Of a DNA stretch of 64,000 nucleotides, positions 13,601 to 25,699 are shown in pieces. Positions within the stretch are counted from its first letter, which is position 1, and every line of letters starts with the position of its first letter. Below the pieces are notes generated by a model. It was not told the DNA's origin. It saw only the letters and a list, made by a program, of their open reading frames with translations, and made no database searches. The stretch is from the NCBI GenBank assembly GCA_051362555.1, contig CM120640.1, positions 15,748,001 through 15,812,000 of the forward strand. The letters are read 5' to 3'. The DNA comes from Lingula anatina (Eukaryota > Animalia > Brachiopoda). A program made the position numbers and the translations under genes.

Positions 13601-16197
13601 AATTTTGGTGTCCACATAACAGTTTGTGCCACAGCTGGTATCTATGATGGCACACTGGATGTTCTTTGGATAGCACATGGAGTTGGATTTGTCGTAGTAG
13701 AAAGATTTGCAATCTTTCATGGCACTGCAGGTCCAAATGCATTCCTCATAGGTAGATGATACTGCGGCATTTGAAATGTCACCCCCAGCACAAGAGCCAT
13801 ATCTTCACAGATAATACTTTCCTGTTCTAACTAGGCTTGAGTGCTTCACATATGTCCATCCACTTCCAGATGGACAGGAATATCCTTTCCCTATAGTATA
13901 ATATATAACTGTTGTAACTTTCACTTTTGCTTTATACTTATTTGTATCTTTATGTTCAAACCTATATTATTGCACGAGAAAAAAATGTGAAATATATATA
14001 CCTGGATATTTTAAAGCTTAATTTGCTCTTTTATGTAAAAAAACACGTTAATTAAAAATACTGTAATATTTATACATTTGGAGTATGTATCAGGGAAATC
14101 AGGGAAAAAACTTGCTGCAACCAAATGGGTAATTAAAAGAAGGGCAAAAATTCAAAGAACTACAAAGAGAACATTATATAAGGCCCTTTTTACATAAGGT
14201 GGTACATTTACTTGGTATATACTGAACAGCACTGGTCCCCTTTGAGAGGTAGACACTTTGATACTCTGACAATTTATGATATTGTAATATACTTGCCTAT
14301 ATACTATATACAAAAATATCAAAATTCAAATTTTGATCTAGATGCTATACCAACCCTTAAAAAAAATTCCTATAGGACAGCCTTTAGGACTTTATGGGAC
14401 TCGACAGGAATTCCCTGACATGTCCTATTGGATTCTTATCTAGAACAAATGTCCAATAGGACTCTGTAGGATTTTGGGCTTTGGGACCATATAGGAAATT
14501 TTGTTAGGGATTTCTCAAGTAGGGCCTGGTAAAAAAAGGTATAAAAAGCTCCAATTTTTCAGAAAAAGACCACCTTGAAATTACTGACTATAGGTCTGAA
14601 AATGAATACACTATTGGTGTACCTACTCCAGCACTTGTTTGAGTAAGCTTGATACATAGCAAGCCTGCATTCTCCTGTGAGTCGGCATTGGCTTTCACAC
14701 TCATCCACTCCAGAAACTATACGATAATGTACAGTGCCAAGGTCATTACCACCACAGTCTGCCTCTTTCCACTCACCATAGGAGGACATCAGCACTGAGT
14801 AGAAAATGGAAATTACCTTAACTTAACATGTTTGATTTGTATAGACATTACAAATATTTTTTTACATGACAGATCTGTAAATGACAGAAATGTTATTGGT
14901 CAAATATTCAACATTTGGTATTCATTTTGAAATTTCTGTATTTTGAAATATTAGCAAACATTTCTAATTATATGATATAAAATAAGTTTCCATGTCTAGT
15001 TGATTTGAAACTTATCAAATCATTTTCAAATATGAAAATGAAAGTGCATGCTCAAAATGGTTTCATGGGCCTGCTGCATAGATAATGCCTCATCTTGCAG
15101 CTTCATAAAAAAAATTCAGGATGCTTTCCAGAATCTTTCACAGGATGCTTGCAAATCATTGTTAACATCATAATTTTGAACAGTATGACTTGTATTTCCT
15201 CACCTAGGCAATTTCCCCATCTTCCATCTAAATCATAATTGGTTGTGGTGGCACACCATGGCTGGTTATGGTTCACAGTGATACAAGAATGGTACACAGT
15301 GTCCTGATAGATGAATGGTAGGACACATGTCATACCCTCAGAATTCCCACCAAATGTCTTCCTGATTGGATCTGAAATAGAAAAATATATATGCAGCTAA
15401 CACCGAAATTATATGACATTAATCTAATTTCTCACAAACTGTAAAATACCACTTTGGGTATTTTATAATTGATATAAACAATTAATTAAAATAATATTCA
15501 TATCCTAAGATAAGCTTAGAAGGGGGCAGTCAACAGACATTCGGGAATGATCGTGACCGGGGCACTTGGCACGAGATAAAATTTAGAAATGCCTTTGAAG
15601 GCTAGGGCGGATAATGGTGATCCAGGAAACATGGTGACTGAGTTGGGGCAAAGCCTGAGACAAAAGGACTGCACTCAGTCAAGTGTTATTTCTTCCTGGT
15701 TATTAAAATTCCTGAATGATCTATAAAGGCTGCCCTGCTCTGGTGATATCATTATACATTTTGGACTGACAGTTACTATGTAGAAGAAACCTCTGTATAT
15801 TTTCCAAAAGACAGTATTAAATTTCCACTTGTGTCAAATGAGAATCTTGTTCGTTTTATTGGATCAGCTGGGCGCACAACACTAAGGCCCAAGAACCGGC
15901 GCGTTATCTAACGTGACATTATTTTCACGTAAAGTCTGACTGACGAAGTCTGGGACTTAACAAAACGGTCAGTTGAAGAGATTTGTTACAAAGAGATTTT
16001 TTCAAATTCATTTTTTCAATTTGTCATCATTTCAGTCAAAAAAAATCTTTCACCATATCATTTAGGATTATCATGCACATAATACTACTTCAGTTACTAC
16101 TTCTGCTAATAATAATGATAATAATGAAAATAACAATAATGGAATGAGCAGCATTTATAACAATAATAATAATATTATTATATTTATTTTGAGTACA

Positions 16198-16267
<70 letters not shown>

Positions 16268-19118
16268 TAAAAGTAAAAAATCCAAGATTTTGCTTATAGC
16301 ATTATTTAGTTTGAAACATGAATGAAAAAATGTGAATGAAAGTTTACCTATAAAATACTTCTCAAGCATCCACCTATCATTGTTTGAAGTTGGGCTTTCA
16401 CAAGATTTAGTTTTAAGCCAACAGTGGTGACTGCTAGGAGCATATGCTATAGATTTACACTCTGGTTTCATGTTACATCTATCTATGCAGTCCTGGACAC
16501 TGGTCAGATAGCCATTTGTTCCTTGAAGATCATTCCCTCCACAGTCAGATCCTGTCCGGACAGCATATAATGACTCAGAAACTGAAAAATATAAAATACA
16601 TCATGCCAAGAATTCATTTACTTTGCAAGATTGGCGATACTGGTTGAATATATCTATAATCTGCAGGATGAAAATAAAAGCCTATTTTCATTGTCCAAAA
16701 ATCTTTACCATGGAATTTCAATGTTATAAAACAGTAACACTGTATGTATTGCTATTATGGATCCCTGGCAAATACAGTTCTCCTGAACCTCAGATTAGTG
16801 TTTCGACATTTTGTTTTTGGAACATAGGAAGGTGGGTACGTGGGAGTTGAGGGACAAGATATCTTCTGGACCCCCCCCCCCCAATCTGTCATTGATACAT
16901 GGAGACTCACTTATACAGTATCCCCATAGTCCTCCTGCTGTGTAGCACCAGGGATGGGCATAACTATTACCATCAGCTATACACTGGTAGTGAGAGGCTC
17001 CACTGAAAAATATTTCATATAGCAAATAATAGAATATCCATCATAACAAGTAGGGTGCTTATAAAGTGTATAAACGGTCATTTCAATCTAGAAGGAAAGC
17101 TTTATGCACAGCATAAATATATAACATTGTCACGGCATTACCATATTAAGTTTCACAGTAAGTTAGTTACCTCCATATATTATAAGTGGTACCGGAGGAG
17201 ATCAGCATTGGTCAGAATTGTGCCGGAAGTGACGTGTAGTGGTGTAAGACATAAAGCTGAGTGGTCATTTTTAGCTGGAGGTGAATGGGAATGAAGACGT
17301 GGGCTTGGAGAAAAAAGCAGTTATTCTAACAAAACGGTAAGATAACATTTTATCTTTAGCTCAGATAGGCTCTCAGAATGTCACCTTTGTCTTGGCATTT
17401 GTCACTGATTAGTGCTTACTCCGGTGTAAAAGGTGTATTAGTGTGATCTTATGTGTGGAATTTCATGTCAGATGGACATATAAAGATCTAAAAATTCGTC
17501 ACAATATTAAAAAAAAAGATATATCTTTGCACAGCAGTCTAGATCAGTATGATTCAGTTGCTAGTTCCAAACTACTTCCTGGTTTTCACAAGGTCCTTCA
17601 AGAATTCTAAAACATCATTATAATTGCAGCACATACCATAAAACACCCCAAAATACTTAGATATGGACATATCAGATTACATAAAAATGTCAAAATTCCA
17701 CATGACAATGATTTATAGCCTCCCGGGAATTCTTTTCCCTAAATGCTCTTTGTTGCGCTGGCGGTTGATGCAGCATGTATTTCAAAACAAGTTGTATGCA
17801 AATTATAAGCACGATTTTGCACCTTCAAGTTCCGTGTCACGTTTTCATATCATGTGCCTATCATTTCTACAAGTATTCTCTGCCCAAAATGCATAAAGAA
17901 GAAATGTTATCTTTCCATGTTGTTTGAAAACTGCTTTTTTCTCCGAGTCCATGTCTTCTCTCCCGTTCACCTCCAGCTAAAAATGACCACTCAGCATCAG
18001 TTCTTACACCACTTGACGTCACACTTCCGGCACAATTCTGACCAATGCTGATTTCCTCCGGTACCCCTTATTATAAGCTTCATTGACATATACCAGTAGT
18101 GTTGTTAAAATTAATGTTGTTTTTTAGCCAAAGCATATACCACCTGTTTTGAAATCTGTTACAAGATTGTAAACTAATGGAATGTTAATTTTTCCATTGA
18201 AAGAACTGAAAAGATCAATTCTTAAATTTTACAAATGCACACCTCTAATCCACTTGTAACAAAGTGACTTTGATGATATGACAATGTTGCTAAGTTAAAT
18301 AACCACTTACTTGTAAGTAAATGGGAACTGGCAGATCAACCCGTTAGCATTCCCTCCATATGTATAGATATTTTGTGTGACTGGACCTTTTCCATGACCA
18401 GCAACTGGAAAGAAAACCCCACCAGACTGAGCAACTTTTATCATTGTCCAATGCATTGAAAGTACTAGCAATATCATCATGTAAAGTCAATTTTCACACA
18501 TATGTGTAGAATCAATGATATACTCAGTATACTCATACCTGTACAGTAGCCCCAAAGTCCATCAGTGTCATAGTCAGCAGTTGTTCCACACCAAGGTCTG
18601 CTCCTGCCTTCCTCGTCCACCAGGCACAAGTACTGTTGTTGACCTGTAAAATCATGTCATTTAATCAAATTTTAAAAAAACATATTTGTTTAGGCATTTT
18701 TAACTTACCATAATACCAGTAGGTGGATCTGAGTAAATATAAATAACCTCAGGAAATATTACTCATCCCCAGCATTTATCTAACCCCATAAAATACAATG
18801 CAATCTTTGTCATTAACTATTTTGAATGTAGCTTGCAATAAAGTGAAGTTTTTTTTTCACCTCACATCTTACCATTGTATGTAAAAGGCCAGTAGCAGGC
18901 AGCCCCACCAGAATTGCCTCCAGTAGTTGGAATCATTACATCTAAAAACCAAGTAAAGAGGAAGATGATCACCCATAGACAAGTTTTCAATTTATATACA
19001 AAAAAAAAAAAAAGCCTGACTGCAGTGGAATCTTCCAGTGAAGCACCATGGTATTTTGGGTTTAATGTCATGGAAACATTTAAAAAAAATCAAGGTATTA
19101 ATCATCCATTAAATCTAT

Positions 19119-19153
<35 letters not shown>

Positions 19154-19997
19154 TAAAAGCTGTTTTTTCCCTGCCTGCTAGCTAGTTCAACTTATTTGAT
19201 GACATTTACAACATTGTGCTATTAATATACCCGTGTCTGAAACAAATGTTTTTCTCACCAAGACAGATGTCCTGATCAGCTGATGTCGATACACTTCCAG
19301 CTTGTAAAATGTTATTTGTTCCATCAAATGCAAAGATATTTCCATAGGTGCTACTGTAACACTGGCCCATTCCATGTGGTTGTAGAACAACATCCCAGAT
19401 ATTGATACGTGTCATGTAGCCCGTAAAAGACTGAGATGCAGAAAAACTTCCACCTTGAAAAGAAAATAAAAAAGGATCCCAATGAAAACTTGATACGAAA
19501 AATTCAGTTTTCTATAGAAACACTGAAACCAAGTAATGAACATGCCATGTTTGAAATAATTTCTTTAAAAAGGAAGGAGGATTTGCTCAAACTTTAATTA
19601 CAGTTTGGGTGAAAACTGCGTACAAATCAACAAAAAATTAGTGTCATTTTGCCTATACCTATGCTGTCCTGGTCCTGCCCCAGTATAATTGTCCCCCCTC
19701 CAGCAATTGTCTGGCCAGTTTGAAATCCAGTCCCACTTCCTGCCTCTCTACTGTCCACATAGACTGCCCAGTAGCCGTCGCTGCTACGCCACATGCCACA
19801 CACCTGGAGACACAGGTAAAAATAGACTGAAGTATTATGTGGGATAAGGTTCTTTTTGCTATTGGTTATTTCAGTCCAAAAGCAAAATTGACACATTGTT
19901 TTATAGTATTTGGTATTGTACAAGCAAGGCTGTAAATTTAGGAGGCCAGTTGAAAAGATGTTTTCATTAAAATGTTTAGATTTTTCTCTGAATACAT

Positions 19998-20043
<46 letters not shown>

Positions 20044-23000
20044 CATGCGATATACATTTGAAATTTTACTTCTCTCAATTTTTGTTTACCTGGTGCCATG
20101 TATTATCAGTTAGTGAGTTCCAACTGGCATCAGCATTTGTGTCCAACACGCTAAGACGGATTTTTCCATCTGATCGAATCCATATCATTAAAGCATTATT
20201 TGCTGCACTATTGGCATAGGAGAAAGTTCCCATAGCTGTCTGTGCATAGCTGGACATTTTTTGCCAGTAGCATACGGTGACTTCAGTTAAGTCAGGAAGA
20301 TTCACAGCTATTGTAGCATAATGAGATGTACTGGATCCTGGGAAATACAGGGTGGTAAATTTGGGAGATTGGTTTGGAAGGTCGAGGTTCCTTGCTGAAA
20401 GCAAACAGTATGTAGACATTGTAAATTAATGTTGCCAACTTGTAAACTTGTGTAATAATAAAATGATAATAATAGTTTATTAAACTCCTAAGGTTCATTG
20501 TCACATTTGCAACTAGTAGAAGTCAATACTTGTTTTTAAACAGATCATAATTTAAGTATATGTGTGTGATTTTAAGCAGGTACAAATACTTTAAGTTTTA
20601 ATTCTTTAACAAATATTATATAAAGTTAACTTATCTATTCAATTGAATTAAAATAAAAAAAAGCATTGCTACTGTACATATAAAAATGGGCTACTTTTAA
20701 AATCAATGAAATTAATTCAACAAAATCCAATTTTTTAATTCGATTTTTAATTTTCTATTCTTTAATTTCAAGTTTTTTTTTCAAACTTACATTGTCTGCT
20801 ATATCTGGTGTCAACTTCTTGAACCATAAGGGCAGATTCTGCGCTCCAACCAATAAAGCCATTAGATAGAGGGAAACCAAAACATTTCCCAGTGTGAAAC
20901 TGAATGGTTACATCTCCAGCAGGAATGCCCTCACACATACCATCCACTGCAATGATGGAAGCAATGATATATACACACATACATGCACAAACACACACAC
21001 ACACACACACACACACAATACAATACAATACAATACAATACAATACAATACAATACAATTATTAGGTCATTTGAGCTGAATGAGTGTCAAATAATATATT
21101 AGTTAGCAAACTGCTAATTAGTAACCTATTTTTGCCAAGTTGAACGCACATGCACCAAGAACAAACCAAGCTACCATTTTTTTGGTATGATGTGCTGCAG
21201 CTTTAAAATGAAAAGGGTTTCTTACATTACAGTCACTTTTAAATAATAAGAATAACTCAGTAAATTCAATTTAATTATTTTTAAAACCTCACAATTTGCT
21301 GGTCTGTGCAAATCCCTAGCACTAGCATCATGGTGCATAAACTCAATGGTGTCTGGATTACCACACTCCATATTGTTGAACTTGAAGTACCATCTGGAAA
21401 ATAAGATGATTGGCAACTTGGAAAGGACTTGTTACTTGGTGTAATGTTAAAGTATATGCCTTCCTAAAATATTAATCAACCTTGCATGAAAATCAATACC
21501 TGACAATTTCATTACTCCTGTGATACATGTACATAACTTACTGACATTGTACATATGGCAGTATTCAAGAAATCAATAACACTGGATATGAGTATTTTTA
21601 ATCATGTGTAAAGTTATCCAATGTGTGTGAGAAACAATATCTTTAAGGGAAGGGATTATATCTCAGAAAGAAAACAAACATTTTTAAGATATATGGAATC
21701 TGCTTAACAAATATTGAGCTTATTCATAACACTATATTGGCAATTTTTTGGGGGTAATAATAATGCCAGGTAGCACTGGCTTTCACCAGTACATAAAATA
21801 TTTTTCAAAAGCTAGTGGTAATTAATTTCACTAAATGGAAAATAATTTATCCTTTTTCAAAGCCCATCCCTGATATAAAATTTTTCGGATTGAATTTTTT
21901 CAAGCTTCATACTTCCGTTTATTAACAATTTTGCTTATTTATTTATATTTGTGAAACAAACCCTGGTTTGATCACATTGCCTCATACCTGACATAAGCTT
22001 CCCCAGTGGCCTTTCTAGCTGTTACAAAATTGTATGGAGGAATCTTATAACAGCTGGAAGGGCCTTCAGTAGAGAGCATACCTGACACACGCTCCTGCAT
22101 TATTATATGGTCCTCTCAGGTTACCTATCCACTGGACTCTGAGGGCAGTAAAGTTATGCTTCTTTGGAAATGTTACTTCCTTGAAAAGAAAAAAATAAGC
22201 AGCATGCCTCAATGTCCTCCATGGGAATGTTGTTGTATATTACAATGGCATATTTACAGGTATTTTATTTTTTTAAAATTAGAATAAACATGGCAATTGA
22301 AAAAAAACATCACCAATGTAAACTGACTTAGTATATTTGTATATTAAATTTATTTAAAGTAATAAATTAAGAAAAGAATTACCTTAAGTACAAGCAGAAA
22401 TGCCAGGCATTTTTTTACCCTGCCCCCCCCCCCCCCCCTCAAATCTTGGTTTCGAAAATTCGAAGGCGAATGGTGACCTGATCAAATTATGTCCTTTACA
22501 CCATGTCCAATAGAAAATATATTTTTTTCTTCCTTTTTTACCGTTATAAGTCCCTGTCCAACATTATCGTGATTTGTGTTCAGTACTCCAAGGTGATAAT
22601 AGCGCAGGTTATCTACAGGGACTTCGGGGCATTTCGTGTTGTCACCTGAAGTGGAAAGATGGCAATGATCGAATTAACCCGCACTTACAGTTTTAATAAA
22701 ATAATTACTTATAATCTAATTATTAAATGTCGTTATTCTTGTGTCAATCGATTTGACTACTCATCGATGGCTTGATCGACCCCCTGTCCCCCTCCCCCCT
22801 TTATCAAAAAAAATTTAAAGGAAATCATTAGTCTCAATAATTGATTGATCCTAAACAAATTGTTATGGGTTTTGTTTACCGTACATGAATCTGATATTGT
22901 GTTCACTTATCAAGTAACTATCAGAGGTATGTTTGAGGAAGACTGCTCTTACCTAAGATCTAATAATTAGATCTTAGCTCTTACCAACACAATACACTTC

Positions 23001-25017
23001 GTTTCCATCACATGAATCGCGGCATTTCCCGTTCGAGCATCTGCCTGGTCCACAGTTGGTTGACGGCGGACCCGCAAAGTCAGGGTTCACGGGGTTCTCG
23101 TCCTGGCAGAAAAGGACCAACATGCATGGATTAAATTTTATATGCAGTTTCATTTATCCACTTTTATCTATTTATTTGCATGGGGGAATTGTCGTTTACC
23201 CCGGGAAAATCCGTTTTATGGCGTTTTTCCTGCCGAAATGAAGAGTAACTATCCTTTTAATTTTAGAGGAAAAAAAAAACACAAATGAAACAACAAATGC
23301 CAACGTATGCCAAAGATTATGCCACTTCTCTTCGATCATCAAAACTAGAGGAACAGTATTTTTGCTTTAATGAACTTTCAAGAACATCATAAGTGACCTT
23401 CAGCTGAAATTTTAAATAATTGACGAGACATGAAATGTTGAAATGCGCTTTAAATTTGTTACTTGCACACAATTTTTTTCTTTTTGGTAACGATGGAATA
23501 TTCCACAAGCAAGAGCTACATGCATTTCGTTTGGTGCAATCGTACATTTACCGTCAGGAGAACAGTAAAGGAAAGTTGCTGCTCATTAAAGCCGCAGCAA
23601 CAGTTTAAATGTCCGGCTACGATATTGTATTCTGATAATTTGGAACGGAAATCAACAGCAGATAAATGATTTGTTTGACTGTATTGGTTAGAAGCATAAT
23701 AGTTTCTTATAACAAAATTGATCGTCAAGTAAAAGAATCAATATACACTATTGGTCAAGGGGTTGTCCAACCTCCAGTTCCCTGTACTTTTATTTGCAAA
23801 ATGAAATGACCACCTCACCGGTGTCAAATGTTTTAAACAGACGCACATGATATTGCCCACGTGACCTTTAACGAGCACATCCTAATGCTAATTGTGTGTA
23901 AATTTGGTGACATTTGGTGTTGTCTTTTCAATCTAATGGACATTTTTTACCTCTATGAAAATCACAGTGAAACATCAGATTTGAGGGGGTATGTTATTAA
24001 TTTGAATAAACGGTATAAAATATGGATATCTTCACCACTATTTTGTATTTTCTGTACCATTAAGCATGTTAGATATGGTATCTGGAATAAAAAGCACTGT
24101 CTATAACAATTTATACCTGTAAGCTAGGTGATCATATGTAAATAAATGCACATGGAATTGGAAATGGGACAACCCCTTTAACCAATGGTGTAAATGACAT
24201 TGAATTCGAATTACGACCTAAAGGAAACCCAATTATCAACAACACATATTGCACCTCCAGGGTGTATCAGTCTTTTGTTTTAACTTACCCCTGAGGGTCT
24301 GACGTGAATCAGATATATCTCAGAATCTCCCGAGGTGTCGCCGCCGTCAAAATTCACGCTGTTAAATAGCGAGTCCGAAAGAAGGTGGCACTCTCTGGCC
24401 GTCTGGTTGAACATGGCGCTCTCACATCCAACATTTTGGAGGCATTTTAGACTACAGTGCCCTGTGGTTTGTGCATCCTCGGTCAGCAACTCGAAGGTGG
24501 AATTCAGGACTATGACAAAAAGCACATTTTCAAAATGATATTTTACTACAGAAATACAGGCACCGTTTTTCCATTTTCACATAATCGCTAAACTACAGTG
24601 TACACTTTACTATACCACAATGGGTTTTTTATATCTATTTTTATTCATTAATTAATTTATAATTAGCTGATAAATTATTTCGTTATTTCTAAAATTTATT
24701 TATTCATATATATGTGCACCGCTGCAGAAAGGTTTAGTCGGATCAAATGGTGGATAACACCGCAGTGCTCGTGAACTAAATATATCCAAATATTTTTTCG
24801 GAGTGTTAGAAAAAATTCCAAGAACCAATCTTATACTACAAATTTGATCTTAATCAAATTTTAATGAGGATAATTGCTCCAAACCTGCAGTAGCGGCTGG
24901 CAGTACGTTGATGTAGGAGGACGTCAAGGCGTTAGCTGGACACGATGTTATAGCATTATAGCTGAATGCAATATCCATCAGCACCGTTAACAGCGACAAC
25001 AGCAGTAGCAGTGCCAT
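6234..25017 (-). CDS. Secreted multidomain protein (PAN/Apple x4, EGF-like, CTHRC1 C-terminal x3, pentraxin x2, FN2 x3); 30 exons, one internal TGA (possible null allele or young pseudogene)
   Basis: Phase-consistent GT-AG exons: 25017-24885, 24545-24289, 23102-22985, 22645-22542, 22179-22082, 21393-21293, 20946-20791, 20394-20090, 19803-19659, 19453-19259, 18941-18873, 18643-18539, 18404-18311, 17002-16911, 16581-16348, 15371-15204, 14794-14623, 14265-14212, 13961-13594, 13226-13065, 12202-12092, 11216-11076, 10431-10195, 9847-9741, 9276-9185, 8872-8769, 8290-8120, 7511-7411, 6891-6702, 6397-6234. They total 4548 nt = 1516 codons including the stop. The protein starts MALLLLLSLLTVLMDIAFS (signal peptide) and ends EEMHLSGE*. 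No transmembrane segment is evident. Confidence 0.88.
6946..7160. mobile_element. PIF/Harbinger-like MITE (family M), intronic
   Basis: Imperfect TIRs with internal TAGATCGATC motifs and TTA on both sides. Homologous to the copies at 9448, 29307, 31083, 42608, 43680 and 45534. Confidence 0.75.
9448..9707. mobile_element. Harbinger-like MITE family M
   Basis: GACTTGGTTCCCATACCTAGATC...GGTCTGGGAATTGTCCA flanked by TAA/TAA; close to the 31083 copy. Confidence 0.7.
11258..11662 (-). mobile_element. MER6/HINE-like non-autonomous Helentron element, family B
   Basis: ACTAGAAAAGCACTCCGAGAGCGCAGACCTCCGCCAAGG at one end; (CAGA)n microsatellite and AACCTCCTTGGCGAAGGTAA (subTIR/IR) at the other; internal ~105-bp duplicated core. 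Confidence 0.7.
12384..12780 (+). mobile_element. Truncated, diverged HINE family A copy
   Basis: TACAGACATAGATGTGTCTGTACATA...CACCTGC and a degenerate GTC/GTT microsatellite, matching 1501-1760. Confidence 0.7.
16199..16262. repeat. (TA)n microsatellite; others at ~7610-7655 (TA), 19999-20038 (CA), 20990-21058 (CA + ATACA), 27935-27975 (ATT)
   Basis: Directly visible simple repeats. Confidence 0.95.
17186..18067. mobile_element. Long-TIR non-autonomous DNA transposon (Kolobok-like termini), intronic
   Basis: ~170-190-bp inverted ends (GGTACCGGAGGAGATCAGCATTGGTCAGAATTGTGCCGGAAGTG... / ...CACTTCCGGCACAATTCTGACCAATGCTGATTTCCTCCGGTACC) flanked by ATAA/TTAT. Superfamily is tentative. Confidence 0.7.
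19259..20394 (-). other. Pentraxin domain copy 1 (exons 8-10)
   Basis: LYFPG...LPDLTEVTVCYW...FSYA...WHQVCGMWRSSDGYWAVYVD...GGTIILGQDQDSIGGSFSASQSFTGYMTRINIWDVVL; HxC signature and Ca-loop GQDQD. Confidence 0.92.
20791..22645 (-). other. CTHRC1 C-terminal domain copy 1 (exons 4-7 of the mosaic gene)
   Basis: EVTFPKKHNFTALRVQWIGNLRG...ACVRWYFKFNNMECGNPDTIE...DLHRPANLDGMCEGIPAGDVTIQFHTGKC...GFIGWSAESALMVQEV matches the CTHRC1 pattern FTK..SALRV...RWYFTFNG.EC..P..IE...IHR...EGLCEGI.AG.V...GW...SRIIIEE. Confidence 0.85.
21983..22087. repeat. 83-bp hairpin insertion flanked by an 11-bp direct repeat that duplicates a splice donor
   Basis: CATACCTGACA at 21983-21993 and 22077-22087; between them GGCCTTTCTAGCTGTTACAAAATT...AATCTTATAACAGCTGGAAGGGCC folds back. 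Confidence 0.7.
23746..24190. mobile_element. Tc1/mariner-type MITE
   Basis: TA|CACTATTGGTCAAGGGGTTGTCC... and ...GGACAACCCCTTTAACCAATGGTG|TA; ~60-bp imperfect TIR and TA TSD. Confidence 0.7.
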
Positions 25018-25106
25018 CTTTGTCTTCAAAACAGCTTACTGGGACAAATTATGTCTAGAAGCTGTGAAGTACAGTGACCAACAACGACAAGGCAATACAT
25101 AATCGA

Positions 25107-25113
25107 TTTTATA
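25107..25113 (-). promoter_or_regulatory. Candidate TATA box of the mosaic gene
   Basis: TATAAAA on the minus strand ~90 nt upstream of the ATG at 25017. A TCACT Inr-like motif near 25075 is spaced slightly longer than ideal. Confidence 0.35.
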
Positions 25114-25699
25114 CCACAGAATATTGGTGGTCATTATGTACTGAATAATGCACTGTCGTCGATATCAGTCGATATTACATATATTCATTACCATAAACAG
25201 TAACAGGGCAGACATAAAGGTGGGCATAAGAGGGTCCCGTCCTGCCCCTCCCCTCATGGCAGAGCTCTCGAGCATGAAATAAACGAACAAACTTTTTTTA
25301 TATGCTGCCTGTGGTTCATTTATTGGTCTGTGTTTGGCTTAAAATCAAATAATTCTAATCGCCAACTTATGACTATTATAGTATCTTGCCTGCTTGGTTA
25401 TAATCCCAAAGTAAATCCTTCCGCATTCAAGTCGAATTGTGATGATGATCATCATAGAATACGTGATCTATTAAACAAATAGAAATGGGCAAGTGAGAGA
25501 TAATGGGACCCTTAGCTGGACCCTGTCCTTCGTAGTTCTCTCGGGACTGTGTTCTTTTTGTTTTATCATACCGATTGTCCACCAAGGTATAATATAAAGG
25601 AAAGACATCTTACTGTCAGATTTTTCAAATATTTACAATACGTCTGTTCACTTCATTAATATTCATAATAGACCTATCTTATCGTTTGGCATTTCCTTG

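Larger units (their letters stand above)
15204..18941 (-). other. Three fibronectin type II domains (exons 11-12, 13-14, 16) with a PAN/Apple domain (exon 15) between the second and third
   Basis: GGNSGGAACYWPFTYNG..C...RPWCGTTADYDTDGLWGYC; GGNANGLICQFPFTYNG..C...PWCYT..GLWGYC; GGNSEGMTCVLPFIYQ...SC...PWCATTTNYDLDGRWGNC; PAN DCGGNDL...CIDRCNMKPECKSIAY...CWLK. Confidence 0.92.

Noticed and set aside
13890-13892. Obvious acceptor tatactatag|GG for exon 19, implying a frameshift
   Set aside because: It is out of phase with exon 18. The upstream acceptor giving exon start 13961 has a pyrimidine tract, the right phase and an open frame.
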